Positions 34,878 through 47,452 of a DNA stretch of 64,000 bases are shown here, in pieces. The notes below the pieces were generated by a model that saw nothing but the letters and a program-made list of their open reading frames with translations, did not search any database and had not been told where the DNA came from. Position numbers and translations under genes: made by a program. The stretch comes from Octopus vulgaris. Its lineage: Eukaryota. The stretch covers positions 23,188,001 to 23,252,000 of the forward strand of contig OX597823.1 of the NCBI GenBank assembly GCA_951406725.2. The letters run 5' to 3'. Positions within the stretch are counted from its first letter, which is position 1, and every line of letters starts with the position of its first letter.

Positions 34878-36959
34878 GTAAGAAAACTTCTTTGAAATGG
34901 TTTTGTGTAACTTAAGCTAAGGTAAGATATTTTCTGATAACTGCAAATTGTTGAAGTAGTAAGGATCTGGATATTAATGGTTCGAATTCTGTCAAATAAA
35001 GCTTTCAAGTTTATTGAATGTAAGAGTCCCAGATGATCTGGTATGTATTTCTAACGTTTAGCTGAAGTGAGGAGATGTAAAATAGTGTCCTCTCTAGAAA
35101 CTTGAAAAAATGCCTGCAGTCCTTGGTAATATTGGGGTAAGTGTCCCTACCTGTCACATGGAAAGCAGGAGTTTGATTTCCTTCTAGGCAGTGCTCATTA
35201 TTTTGAGAATTATACCAGGTAACTAGGGGAGAGAAGCTAGGTGTCAAGGTTATGTAGCAAAGGGAGTTGTTGAAAGTCAGGTGTTTGATAATGTTCTGCA
35301 ATATGAGGATCAAAGGTACGAGGTGTTCTGAATTGCAAGACAATGTATCAGAGAGAACTGGGATCTTGTTGGTGAGAAATGTGTGATTCTGAAAAAACGT
35401 GCCACTATAAAAGGCTGCTAAATGTGGAGAGTGCATGAGAGAATAAGGGTTTTCCCAACCTAAACTGAATAGAGAGACCAGCTACCCTAGTTGATAATAG
35501 GATGATAAATAATGCAATTGAGATTGTAAAAGCAAGGAAAGCCTCTAGTCAATCAAGAATTAAATTTGACTAAGCAAAAACCAAACTTCTAGTAAGCAAG
35601 AAAAGAGATTGGACTCCCTTCAGGAAAACAATTCTGCTTGATATGCTGGAAAGGTGAAGGTAGAAATTCCTTATGGTGTACCAAGTGCAAGCTATAGATA
35701 CTAGGGTTGCAGTGGAATCACAGGAAGGTTAATGTAGAAAGATTTTGTATGTGAAAGATATAGTAGAGCAATAAATACTATGTCCAGATCGGAAATAGAT
35801 TCTCTCAAATGATCTCAGGAGGCTCCCTGCAAATAGTAGATAGTTTTGGTTATCTTGGTGATCTAATTAGCAACAAGCTAATTAGATCACCAAGTTCTGA
35901 AAGTATACTTGCTGAAATAAAAATATGATGGAGAAAGTTCCAGTGAGTTATTATCTTTGTTGATAATAAAAGATCTCTCAATGAAAGTGAAAAGCAGAAT
36001 GTATGATGCTTGTGTATGAAAAGCAATGCTACATGGTATGAATGGTATGAGAAGTGACTGGTATTGGTTTCATTAAAAAAAAGTATTCAGTACACTTTGC
36101 ATTGGGAAAGACATCTGGTTGTAAAAACCATGTTAAAGCAGACATAGGAACTTGGTACAGTCCTCTTTTGTTGGAACATGTCAAGCCATCCAACCCATGC
36201 CAGCATGGAAGATGGACTTTAAATGATGATGATGATGATTTTACTTTAAATGATGAGTAGTAAGTAACCCAATGTCTTACACATTCAGTAATCCCAATTC
36301 AACTATCATTTAGTGGGTAAATTTAGCTGCAAACTTGTAGGTCAAAGGTCATTTAAAAAGAAACTTTGAAAGTCACAGTAGTTTGCAAGTATTATCATGT
36401 TTCATTCTTATCAACATTTCAACACCTGCCTACTCACTGCCTCTGATCTTGTTTCTTTCCCACCCCCATCATCATCGTTATCATCACCACCACCCCACCA
36501 TCCTTTCCTCCTTTAATGTTTTTCTGTTTGTGACAACATATTCAAATGTTACCATTTCAAGGGAAATAACCTCATCTGTATTCAGTGTGGTTCACAATAA
36601 AATACAGTGACATCCTGATCTAAGCATCGGAATTTTCTGATCTGTTTGTCTGCTACCCGCTATGTATTATCAGGACAAATTTGTTCGTATTAAATTCTCT
36701 ACCGAGCCAAGGCACGATAACCTTGCTACCTCCTCGTAATAAAATAAATAAATAAATAAAAATAAAAATGCTACAACTATATGATGAAATTAAAGCTGTA
36801 ATCTATTATAAATGCAACATATTATTTATATATTTGTAATACATTTGCCTGTAAAATTAGTATTAATTATGTTTCTGATATATTGTTTCTTTTAGAATGT
36901 GCAGCTCAGTGGGGCAGGTAATGTCCTTAATTCACTGGGGCTGTAGGTTCAAATCAGAC

Positions 36960-37720
36960 CATGAATGCAGAGAGCTATGTGTGATGTGTAAGACGTGTGA
37001 TGATGCTGTATGGCAGTGAAATATAGACAATGAATGTTAAGGACTATAAAAGTTTGTGTAATATATATGAGGTATGAGAGTAAGGCAGGAACAGTGAATG
37101 TAGAAGGCTTTATGTGCGATATTTATAAATTGTGTGATGATGTATGGTGGTGATGGATATGTATGAGACTACATGTGGTGTGTATAAGATGTATGATGTT
37201 GTATGGCAGTGAAACACTGACTATATCAGATGTGTATATGAATCTGTGTGGCAATTAATATTGTGTGCATGAGATGTGTGATGGTGTATAGCTATAAAGC
37301 ATTAACAGTGAACTTAGAGGACTATATGTGGTGTTTGTAAGATGCATATTGAGGTATTCTAGTGAAACAGTGAATGTAGAAGTCTATATGAAGTGCATGA
37401 AATTTGTGTAATGGTGTATAATTGTTAAATATGGACAGTGACATGTGTAAGAGAACTGTATGTATTGTGCATAAGATGTATGCTAGTGAAACACAGATAG
37501 TTAATATTAAAGACTCTGGCATAAGGAAAATGTGTCATGGAATTAAGGACACTATGAGATATGTGTAGCGAGTTGTATGCCAGGTGAATGTATAGGATTA
37601 TATGTGGTGCATGTTGTATGGCCATGAAACATGGATAGTAAATGTATTTGACTATATGAAATCTGTGCAAAATTTGCAATGCTTTATAGTGGATAGTAAA
37701 TATTAAGACTCTCCAATTAG
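36960..37720. repeat. Degenerate minisatellite
   Basis: Recurrent TGTGATGATGTATGGCAGTGAAACAGTGAATGTAGAGGACTATATG-like units. Confidence 0.6.
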
Positions 37721-37864
37721 TGAACTGGAGGGAATCATGAATAGTCTGCTTGATGTGCATTGTAAATTTAAAAGAAAGTTTGAGTATAAATGGATTTTGA
37801 AGATTCCAAATGTAACAGTTCTTTGATTTCTTTAAATTTGAATGTGATTATTTGTTTGTTCTAG

Positions 37865-37936
37865 GAAATTCAAAGAAACTATGCAAAAATGATGAAAACT
37901 ATTCACCGAGCAAAGGAATTAGAACAAAAATATGCA
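37865..37936 (+). CDS. NDUFAF2: NDUFAF2 exon 4
   Basis: TTCTAG|EIQRNYAKMMKTIHRAKELEQKYA|GTTAGT; phase 0-0. Confidence 0.88.
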
Positions 37937-38365
37937 GTTAGTATGATTTCTCCTTTCATATTGATGTTTTTTCTGTTGAAAGTAATTTTGTCATGAAATG
38001 TTCCTTCCAATAAAACTTTATGTAATATATACATAATTTAGGACAATGGTTTAAAAACACAATAAATCAGAAGAATTTGGAGTTTAAAGGGAATAGGAAA
38101 CAAAAAATTTTCCAAATACCTTCTTTGTTTCTTTATGAATTTTCCAGTACAATTACAAACTTCCTAGTGTACCTATGTTACTGTTGTTCAGACATAGTTA
38201 CTAGTACACCTGCCTAGTTATTAGTGACTAGATATGTTGACACTAGTGATCAGGTAGGTGCACTAGTATAGTAATACTCAGGTGCAGCAGTACCTGAGCA
38301 CTGCTATAGTTACCTAGCCACTAGTGTACTTATCTGGTATGTACTGTTCCTATCTACCTATTGTA

Positions 38366-39650
38366 TCAGGTCATTAAGAAGGAAATGTTCGATTTTCTTA
38401 TGCACCAACTTTGACAGTCATTAATTCTAATGTTTTATCCTGACAATTCTTTATTTTTTCAACTTTGAAGAGTTACATCATCACTTTTTGAAATGCAATT
38501 CATGGTGTCTGATTATATTGTGAGTTTTCTCTTGCAAATCAATTTTTATGAACCAATAGATAGATAAAAAAATTGTGTTGTTTATGAATATGAGTTCTGT
38601 CATGGAACCAATGCATTCCAGACAGCTCAAAACATCAACGAGGTGTTTGGTGAAGATGTGGCAAATGAGTGCATTGTATGTTGTTGGTTTGAGAAATTCC
38701 AGTCTGGTAACGTTACTCTTGAAAATCAGCCCCATTGTAGACATGAGCCCAAGGTGGATAATGATGAGCTAGAAACTGTAGTGGAAACAGATACATTTCA
38801 AACTATGCGTGAGTTAGCAGCAATGTTTGATGTTTAAATTCCAACTGTATTGGACCATATGAAACAAATTGGCAAGGTAAAGAAGCTGCACAAGTGGATA
38901 CCACATGAACGGAATGTGTCTCAAATGATATGTTGTCTTGAAATTTGCTGTTCTTTGCTGTTACAGCGTAAAAGCAAACCATTTTTGCATCGTATTGTTA
39001 TGTGTGATGAAAAATGGATTCTTTTCAACAATTGCAAGTGTTCTGCATGGTGGTTGAATAGAGACAAAGTGCCAAAACACAATCCAAAAAAGAATATTCA
39101 GCACAAAAAGCTAATGGTGTCTGTTTGGTGGTCCAGCACTGGTGTCATCCACTACAGCTTCATGAGACCTGATGAGTCAATTGCAGCAGATGTATGCATC
39201 AACCAATTGGATGAATTGATGAGTGAACTTGCAATTAAACGGCCGAAATTGGTCAACAGAGACATGCCAATTCTCTTGTAAGACAATGCTCAACCACATG
39301 TTGCACAAAGAATGCTACTCAAGTTACTGGAACTGAACTTGGAAGTACTCTGTCATCCACCATATTCACCAGACCTTGCACCAACTGACTATCATGTTTT
39401 CCAGGCATTAGACAACTTATGGCAAGGAAAAAAAAACATCAGATCTGAAGAAGATGCAAAAACAGGCGTTTGTGATTTCATCACCTCTTGCTTTCCAGAA
39501 TTCTTCACTGCCAGTATAAGCTACCAATAAAATGGCAAAATTGTGTTGATAATTTAGGTGTATATTTTGATCAACTGCATTGCCTTTTGTTGAGATAAAG
39601 TATAATAAACTTTCAGTTCAAGATCAGACATTTCATTCTTAATGACCTGA
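38366..39650 (+). mobile_element. Full-length (1285 bp) mariner transposon with disrupted transposase
   Basis: TA-TCAGGTCATTAAGAA..TTCTTAATGACCTGA-TA; motifs WIPHE, CDEKW, (Q)DNA and HPPYSPDLAPTDY (DD34D); several stops and frameshifts. Confidence 0.93.
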
Positions 39651-40571
39651 TATGTACCAGTTTGCTGTTGCTCCAACCTGGTCACTGTTGTGCCTCCATA
39701 GTTACTAGTATAATTACCTAGTTGCTTCTCTGTCTATCTACTTGGCCACTGTTGTTTCTCCCTGTTTACCTGTTTACTGTGTTATCAACCTAGTAGTTGG
39801 CTTATCTACCTTGTCACTAGTTTACCTACGTGATTACAAACACAGCTTTAAATTAGACTGACATCTTGACAACATCTTAACATTGTGTAAAGCTGTACAT
39901 TTACCAAAGTCTTACTTAAGTACCATTGCAGTGCCACATATTATCTGTAGCATTAATTTTAGTGATACTGGGTTCTGCTGGGAGCAATACAGAAAAACAA
40001 CTGCTGTGCAAGATAAGAAAACAGGTGATTGTGATGATCACAAAATGTGTAATCACTTACGTACTATACCTGCAAAGCCACACATAGGTATGAAATAAGA
40101 ATACTTCATTACTCTTAAGCAGTCACTTTATCTCCACTGCAGACCTCCTTATCAGGTACTGTGTTTTGGGCAATGTAGTGTGGGGAACTCATTCCTTTCC
40201 AAGCTATTATTCTACAACCAGAAATTACAGGATCACAAGTGAGTGAAATAGCTATACTGAAAATTGAAATTTTAGAAACAAATCTAGTTTACCAGGTGCT
40301 TGCACTATAATGCTATAATACACACATATGCATGTGTGTTTGTTTGTATGAGTATGTGCACATGTGCATGCACACACTCACACACAGAGTTAACCATCTG
40401 CCACATCAATTGAAGTATAAGATCACTGACAGCCATTTAGAAACTAATTTTTTAATAGATTTATTGATACAGATGCCTGAACGCACATACTGATATACAT
40501 ACATATTTTCTGATTGTAAATTCATGTTCTTTATATATACATATGCATACACATTTATACGTATATACATG

Positions 40572-41888
40572 TAAGGATTGCCCCAAAAGTAAAGCAAAAG
40601 TGGGCATAACTTTTTCATTAACTAACATAGATAATTTAAATTGCATATGTTTGTTGGGAAATAGTAATTCTTCCTTTATACAAAGGTACTACTAACATAG
40701 ACTCCAACATGCAATGTATTTGCATCATCATTAAACCTATCCGTTGAATCTTGTTTCAAAAAGTTCAAGTTTTTAAAAAAAATAAATGCTTTGATCAAGG
40801 CTTTCTTTACCTTTCTCCCAGCAATAATTTTAAATAACGATGAGAGGAATTAGATGCTGGTTTGGTCATGTGATGCATATGGATGTAGACAGGTGTGCAC
40901 GGAAATATGATCTCAAAACACTGAGCCTTACAAAGGAGATGATAAACTGCTTGCTGTTCATGATACAGCTACTTTCCAGAAAAGGAGACTGGCACCTTTG
41001 TCAACTGAAACAGCAGTTGTGCGTTTCTGTGCTAATCATTGGCCCTTGAACTTCTTGACCTTGAAAAAGTGGTGTGGTGTCATTCTGTTAGCAGAACTTT
41101 TGTTTTGGATCATACAAATATGGCCATGTTTCATCTCCTGTCACTACAGTCATCATCATCACCATCATCATTTAACGTCCATTTTCCATGCTAGCATGGG
41201 TTGGACGGTTCAACTGGGGTCTGGGAAGCCAGAAGGCTGCGCCAGGCTCAGTCTGATCTGGTAGTGTTTCTACAGCTGGATGCCCTTCCTAACGCCAACC
41301 ACTCCATGAGTGTAGTGGGTGCTTTTTACGTGCCACCTGCACAGGTGCCAGACGAGGCTGGCAAATGGCCAAAAAAACATTATCTTCATTGTCTTCAAGC
41401 ACTTCTACCTTTCTTTTCTTCAAGTGCTGAGGTACCCATTTTCCACCATCTTTTGTAATACATTGTGACCACAGTTCAGTTATGCAGCAACTTCACAGAT
41501 TGTGGTTCATTTGCACAAATCAATTCATCTTGTTGGTGAGTCATGTCAGTGTTTGCAGCAGATGGTCTCCCACTGCATGCTTTGTGTTCAATACTATTCC
41601 TCCTTCTTTAAACTTCTTCATTGATTTGTGTACATTGCTCTTGTCATTGGTATCAACTCCTTAAACAAATTGTGGATGTTAGCCAGCCTGCACCCTTCCT
41701 TTTGTTAAGATCTCACTGATGACACATTGCTTCTGCTTGGAACCCATTATTTGCTTTCAATAAAGAACAGGATTAATAGTTAGTTTAGAAGAAGAGTGAC
41801 TGTACTAACATGTGCAAATAAGTAACCTATGTCAATTAATAAAAAAAAAAAATTACCAACTTTTGCACTACTTTTGGGACAATCCTTG
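40572..41888 (-). mobile_element. Deleted mariner-like element with nested RTE fragments
   Basis: TIRs AAGGATTGCCCCAAAAGT / ACTTTTGGGACAATCCTT; degraded N-terminal transposase at ~41400-41750; RTE tail at 41150-41370. Confidence 0.6.
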
Positions 41889-43913
41889 TGTGTGTGTGCG
41901 CATTGTAAAGGCAATGAACAATAAAAAAAAGGAAAAAGGTAACCCAGATACTTATTAGCTTAATGCTTTCAAGGAAGGGAAAGACTCTTAAACATTTTGG
42001 ATTCTAGTCCTTCATAGGAAGAAAAGCAAGGAGTGAGAAAGAGGAGAAATAGATGTGAGAAAAAAATAAAATAGTCGAGGAATTAGGAGCTAGATGGGAA
42101 TGTAGTTCTATAGGAGGGGGAGGACGAGGTGGGTGTGTAAGCACATGTATAAAAGTGTATTTGTGTTTAGAGATGGATATATGGGGAAAGTGGTTAGTGA
42201 TGGTGTTAGTGTATGTTTGAAGGGAGGAGGTGGGGTTGAGTACAATTGTGAGGTAAAAGGTAACGCAAGAGGAATGTGGAGGGTGTAATGGAAATTTGTG
42301 CAAAGACATAAACGTATGACACAGTTACATGGGTGGTGTGTATGAACAAGCAAATCAAAAATGAGAGAAACAGCAAATTCAGGGAGAAAAGAGAAGTGAG
42401 AGAAAAATCAGAGAAAAATTAATTACAATACAACGCTAGCCAAAAACAAATGAATTCTTTGAGAGAAGTGTTATTTAAAAATCACACTACACTGAGGAAT
42501 CCAGGAAGGTTATATAACTGGTAAAATGTCTGGAGAGGTTGAAAGGAGTGCCCTAAGTATGGTGAGTAACTGGTAAAAGTTTAGTTTGGTGAGACACAGA
42601 AAAAGGCAAGAGGAACCCATGTGCTGGAGTGTAAAGCAGTTTCTTTTCTTTTGGTTTTTTCCTACCCACTTTTCCTCTTTCTCTCTTCTATGCTTTTCTT
42701 CTGATGAAGGTCTAATGTCTGAAATGTTAAGAATCATTCCCTTTTAAGTGTTAAGCTAATACAGTCTTTCTTAAAACTTGTCCTTTCTGTGTTGTCTTTT
42801 TCTTTCTTTTATTGCTCATTGTATTCACAATATATTTTTAATGCTTATATAGATCTTTTATATGTGTGTAGGTGCATGTGTGTCATATGGGAAATGGGGT
42901 GAGGTGCAAATCTAGGTGGGTTAGTTGGGGTACATAAGTTATAGATAGCTGGATGTATATTCTGAGAAGGACATTTTATATATTTTTGTTGATAGAAATT
43001 GGTACCACCATATCAAGTGAGAACTTGTGTCCAGTTCAGGAGGAGATTTATATCTCATTTTCTCTGTTCTGTTTCTGTGCAAAATGTATATTCTGCATAA
43101 CTTCAGTTTATGTAGCTGTCATTACAAATAGGTACCATCAGACCATCTTAGAAAGTTATATGAGATGGATTGGTGTCTCATCATCTAAAGAAAGATTTAT
43201 CTCTTCTGTTTCATTCCATGAAAACCAGAAGTAAACACTAGTCTTTAAGGGTCACTCAGGTATCATTTATGTTTTAAGATATATATTTTTTTTAATTAAA
43301 AAGTACTTCTGAGGAATTGTACTTGTTTCACAAAAGATTTGATCTATCTGCGGCTATGTGTTGAAATTGAAGCAATTATGTCAGGGAAAATAGGTGGTTA
43401 AAATAACCTTAGCAAAGGCGGATGTATTATTTTCAGTCGTGTTTATTTGTTTGTCTGTGGACGAGATATCTCAAGAATCACTGGATGGATTCAGATGAAA
43501 CTTTCAAGGATGTTTGGCCTCGTGACTGGCACAAACTGATTAGATTTTGGGATCAATACAGTACCGGTCATGGATTCTGGATTATTTGTTATACTTACTT
43601 TACTTGACATGAAGTATCATGATCTCTGATTATCACCCTCGAAAGCAGGCTCGTGGTTTCCACATAAATTATGGCAGTGTTGTTGTTTCCAAAGTTTTAT
43701 TTTCATTTCTCTATTATTAATTTTACTCACGTCTCTATCTTAGTAGAAACTGATGGATAAATAAATCAAACTATATAAACAAACGGTAGCAAAACTGTTC
43801 AGAAATTAAATAACACTAACATATTCCGTAACAGTAATAAATTTAATTTATCCTTGACAGTTTTTCGTTTTACCAATTTTGAATATATCGCTCCTGTTTA
43901 AAACTTCTTACCT

Positions 43914-45601
43914 ACTTTATTTCATAAAAATTGGCTACAAGAGCCTTACAAAGAAGTAGCTGTGGGCTGGACAAAAACACAAATGACAATGAATGAAAAT
44001 GAAAAGATGATTGGAGGGGGAAGGCAGACAATGCCCACCGATTGCAGCTTCCCAAAAACATTGTTCTCTTTTTTATTTTTATAGAAATAAGCACAAAATG
44101 AGGTATTGAACCTCTTACAATTATTTAACCATGGACACAATATGCTCACAAAAATGAGGCGCTAAGCCTCTTACCTTTTGTCCAATAAAGTTTCAACTCG
44201 AGGCACTAAAGCTCCTGCTCCTCTTCCTGACTAGGCTATTTGCCTCCTTGAAGCACTTTGATGGTGTTATGTTGCACTTTAGAGCAAATCTATTAGTGTC
44301 CTTGTGGAATGAGTCCAAAGTTCTGCATAGATCACTTTCCCATATGACCTCCACAGCTACCTGTGTAGGCCAATTGGGGTCCTCCATGCAGTCCAGAACC
44401 CCTTCCCTTTGGCATTTTCTTTCCAACTTCTTAATGAAGTTCTGTACAGCCCCTCCCTTGTGAAAGAAGACCACATATTCCAACTCCAACTCCATGGGAG
44501 TGGTCATAGTTTCCTCCGTCGGTGGCACAATTTCCACTGACGGGGTTTCGGGACATGCTGGCAGTGTACCACTAACTGCCGGCAAAGTCCCATTCTTTTT
44601 TTGCTTTTTCTTCCCTTGTGCTACGGAAGGGTGAAGTTCTTCCGTTTTATCCGGAGGATCTTCCCTCCCTCCTGCAGCCTTCGGTGGGCCACCATTGTTG
44701 CCCACTTTCTTCCTCTTACGGCCTTTTTTTGAGGAGGTTTCCACCTCCCTGACTGTTTCTATCTCCCCCTCTGACTGGGGAGGGGTAGATTCCTTTGTCA
44801 CCAACTGTTCCAGGACCTTGTTCTGGTCCTGGGGACAGTTTTTTTTAATATAGCCTGGTTCCAGGCACAGGTGACACACCGTTGCGTATTTAACACCCCT
44901 GGAAATAAACTTAATAGTTGGCAGATGCTCTGCCAACTCTTTCTTAATATCTATTTTCGGAAAGACAGTGAAGGTGTCGAGTGATTTTGAATAAGTCCTC
45001 AACACCACTCTGTCCTTTCCCCTAAATCTTTTAACCACTGTTTGGGTGGGACAATCTCCCACTCCAAAACTGTGACCAATTTTTTTGCCATGTTAAAGAA
45101 AGTTCAAGAAAGAAATAAAAAAAGTTCAAACAAAAAAGTCAAAAAAAGTTTGAAGAAAGAAAAGTGGAGTAAGAAAGAAGGAAGACAGTTCCAAAAAACA
45201 CAGCAAAACACAATTCTGGCTAACCAGTACTCCTGGCCAAAGATACTCCAACAACAACAGGGACACAGCAGCAGGAACACAGCTCCACAAATTGGTTAAA
45301 AAATTTAACAAATTTCTTTTTTAAAAAAATTCTACAATTTTTGGAGGCGGGATGCACCCCCAAAACAACACAGTTCTCACACTTAAGTGAGACAGCACAA
45401 CTATAGGCAGACAAATACCTGGAATTCTGTAGGGATTTCTTGTTCTAACAAAATAGACAACAAACCCCCACTGAATCCCCAAAAAACAAATTCTTACCTT
45501 ATAGCTGCACCTTCACAGTTCTACACTTCAAGACCACTGCATAGCAACGTCTTGACCACATTCAGTGTAAAAACAACACTGAGTCACACATGCAAGCTTG
45601 C
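43914..45601 (-). mobile_element. ORF1-only (gag-like zinc knuckle) retroelement
   Basis: 289-aa ORF at 45062-44193 with CHLCLEPGYIKKNC (CX2CX4[H>Y]X4C) and a K/E/P-rich linker. No ORF2 before AATAAA at ~43921-43916. CTTACCT flanks both ends (43907-43913, 45602-45608). Confidence 0.65.
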
Positions 45602-45649
45602 CTTACCTTCCTGACAATTGCCTTTCTAGCCCTGCCTTGAAGGAAGCTT

Positions 45650-45830
45650 TACTTCTTGGTCTCACGTTTTTGTGTGCAACGATATTGTTAAACTTCTATT
45701 AACAATACTATATGCAGGTCCTTTCTGTTTTCTTTCATGCACGGATAAATTTTTCACTATAGCCCTTAATGGTCATAAAGACTATATCAGTAGATAGACT
45801 AAAAAAGGCCTTCATAGAGAAAACTGTCCC
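45650..45830 (+). pseudogene. Gypsy LTR-retrotransposon integrase C-terminal remnant
   Basis: SHVFVCND..YAGPF..FFTIALNG..TISVDRLKKAF resembles the Gypsy GPF and VSIDRLKPA motifs. Confidence 0.6.
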
Positions 45831-46241
45831 TGTTCCCACTGCTGACGACACACACACAGCATTACAAACATGGCCGGCACACGCACCTTCACATTCCATG
45901 ATTACCATTGGGGGTCAATTAGGTACCAGACAAGGATTCTGGATTTTTTTCTGGTTTTTTTTACTTAATTTTCGAGAGTGGTCAGGTTCATTTTTAGTAT
46001 TCTTGTTTGTGAGAGCAGTCGAGTTTATTTCAGATATTCTCATTTTAAAAATCATCACTGGCTAATTGTTGAGAGGACGTTGGAGTTACTTTGGCAAAGG
46101 TTTGCACCCTCTGAGTGCTCTTGTTCAAAATGTTCCCCATTTTAAAAATCATTCTTCCTGTTGTTTTCTGGTTTGTTGTAATAATTAATATACTTTCTGA
46201 AGATGTGTGACAATTCTCAAAGTAATCTATTCAATTTTCAG

Positions 46242-46287
46242 AGTGCATCACCCAAATTTGAGGAAAATGTTTTACCTCGGACACGAA
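46242..46287 (+). CDS. NDUFAF2: NDUFAF2 exon 5
   Basis: TTTTCAG|SASPKFEENVLPRTR|GTAAGT; phase 0 to 1 bridges exons 4 and 6. Confidence 0.78.
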
Positions 46288-46369
46288 GTAAGTAATTTAT
46301 AGAAAGAAAACTCTTTTATTATTCTTTTGTTAGTGGTTGGGGTCAGGGACCCCAAAAATCTTAGGTAAT

Positions 46370-46745
46370 ATCTGTAGCTGTCTTACTCTTGGCAGCATCA
46401 GGGATCCTGTAGCATGAATGTCTGAGACAATATCTACAAATATCTTAGCTACAGCAGCTTCAGGGGCCATATAGTCCGAAGATCTGAGATAATGTCAACA
46501 GCTGTCTTACTCATAGCATCATTAAGGTCCATGTAGTATGAAGGTCTGCAACCATCTACATTTATTGTTCTCTTGACAGAGTCAAGGATCCTATAGTATG
46601 ACAGTCTGAGACAATGTCTACAGCCATCTTGCCCATGGTAAGGTCAGAGTCAATTAGAAAGAAGGTCTGAGTCAATGTTTACAACTACGTTATTCTTGTC
46701 AGGGTTGGTGGCCATGCAGTATGTAAGTCTGAGACATCTACTGCT
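46370..46745. repeat. Old ~61-62 bp minisatellite (~6 units)
   Basis: GTCTGAGACAAT-TCTACAGC anchors recur at about 46420, 46482, 46544, 46604, 46665 and 46727. Confidence 0.75.
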
Positions 46746-47152
46746 TTCATATTGGCCACTGTGCTAAGATGACACATACTATGGCCACTGTGCTAAGAAG
46801 CAGACAAGTACTGACAGGTTGAGAGAGATACCTGAAAACCTGATATTTCCCTCTGACAAAACTTAATAAGTACACAACACATTCCTTGGATAATGGAACA
46901 GTACCTTTAATGATTCTACAAAAAGAAAATAACTGTGTCTCCTTGGCGTAAATCTCTGTGTTACCACATGTAGCAACCACGATTGAGAACACGCCATTCT
47001 TCTTCGTAAAGATAATTGTAAGTACATCCCGAATTCTAGAAAAACCATACACACAGTTTTATATATCAGCACGCACCACACATGACTATATACACAAACC
47101 GAATTTAAATCATACTTTCTTCTTCTTTGCTGAGGCATTACAGTGAGTATCA

Positions 47153-47452
47153 TGTGCACATTATAAACACACCAACCATTGAATCCTTACATCTCTTGAT
47201 TGTACATATAATTGTATCTTTTTTCATTCACACATACAATGAGGAAAGCGGGAACAGTTAACAACAAAAAATAAGATCTTATTTATATATCCCCCTAACA
47301 AGTGCGCACATTATAAACACACCAACCATTGACTCCTTACATCTCTTGATTGCACATATAATTGTATCTTGTATACACACATACAATGAGGAAAGCGGAA
47401 ACAGTTAACAACAATAACAACAAAAAATAAAACATCTTAATCTCCCTAACAA
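47153..47452. repeat. ~150-bp tandem duplication
   Basis: GTGCACATTATAAACACACCAACCATTGA...CCCTAACAA present twice. Confidence 0.85.

Larger units (their letters stand above)
43405..46125 (+). mobile_element. Helentron/DINE-1-like non-autonomous element with internal insertions
   Basis: Sub-terminal inverted repeat ACCTTAGCAAAG / CTTTGGCAAAGGT, GTTTGTCTGT microsatellite near the 5' end and a 3' hairpin GCACCCTCTGAGTGC. The interior holds an ORF1-only element and a Gypsy integrase remnant. Confidence 0.5.

Noticed and set aside
46370-46745. Regularly spaced ~62-bp repeats resembling a CRISPR array or coding repeat
   Set aside because: Whole units are homologous (no unique spacers), the period is not a consistent multiple of 3, the context is a eukaryotic intron and there are no cas genes.
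46860-47150. Short ORFs with ISVLPHVA, faintly like the LINE RT motif YRPISLL
   Set aside because: Too degenerate to call; possibly an ancient LINE fragment upstream of the CR1 3' end.
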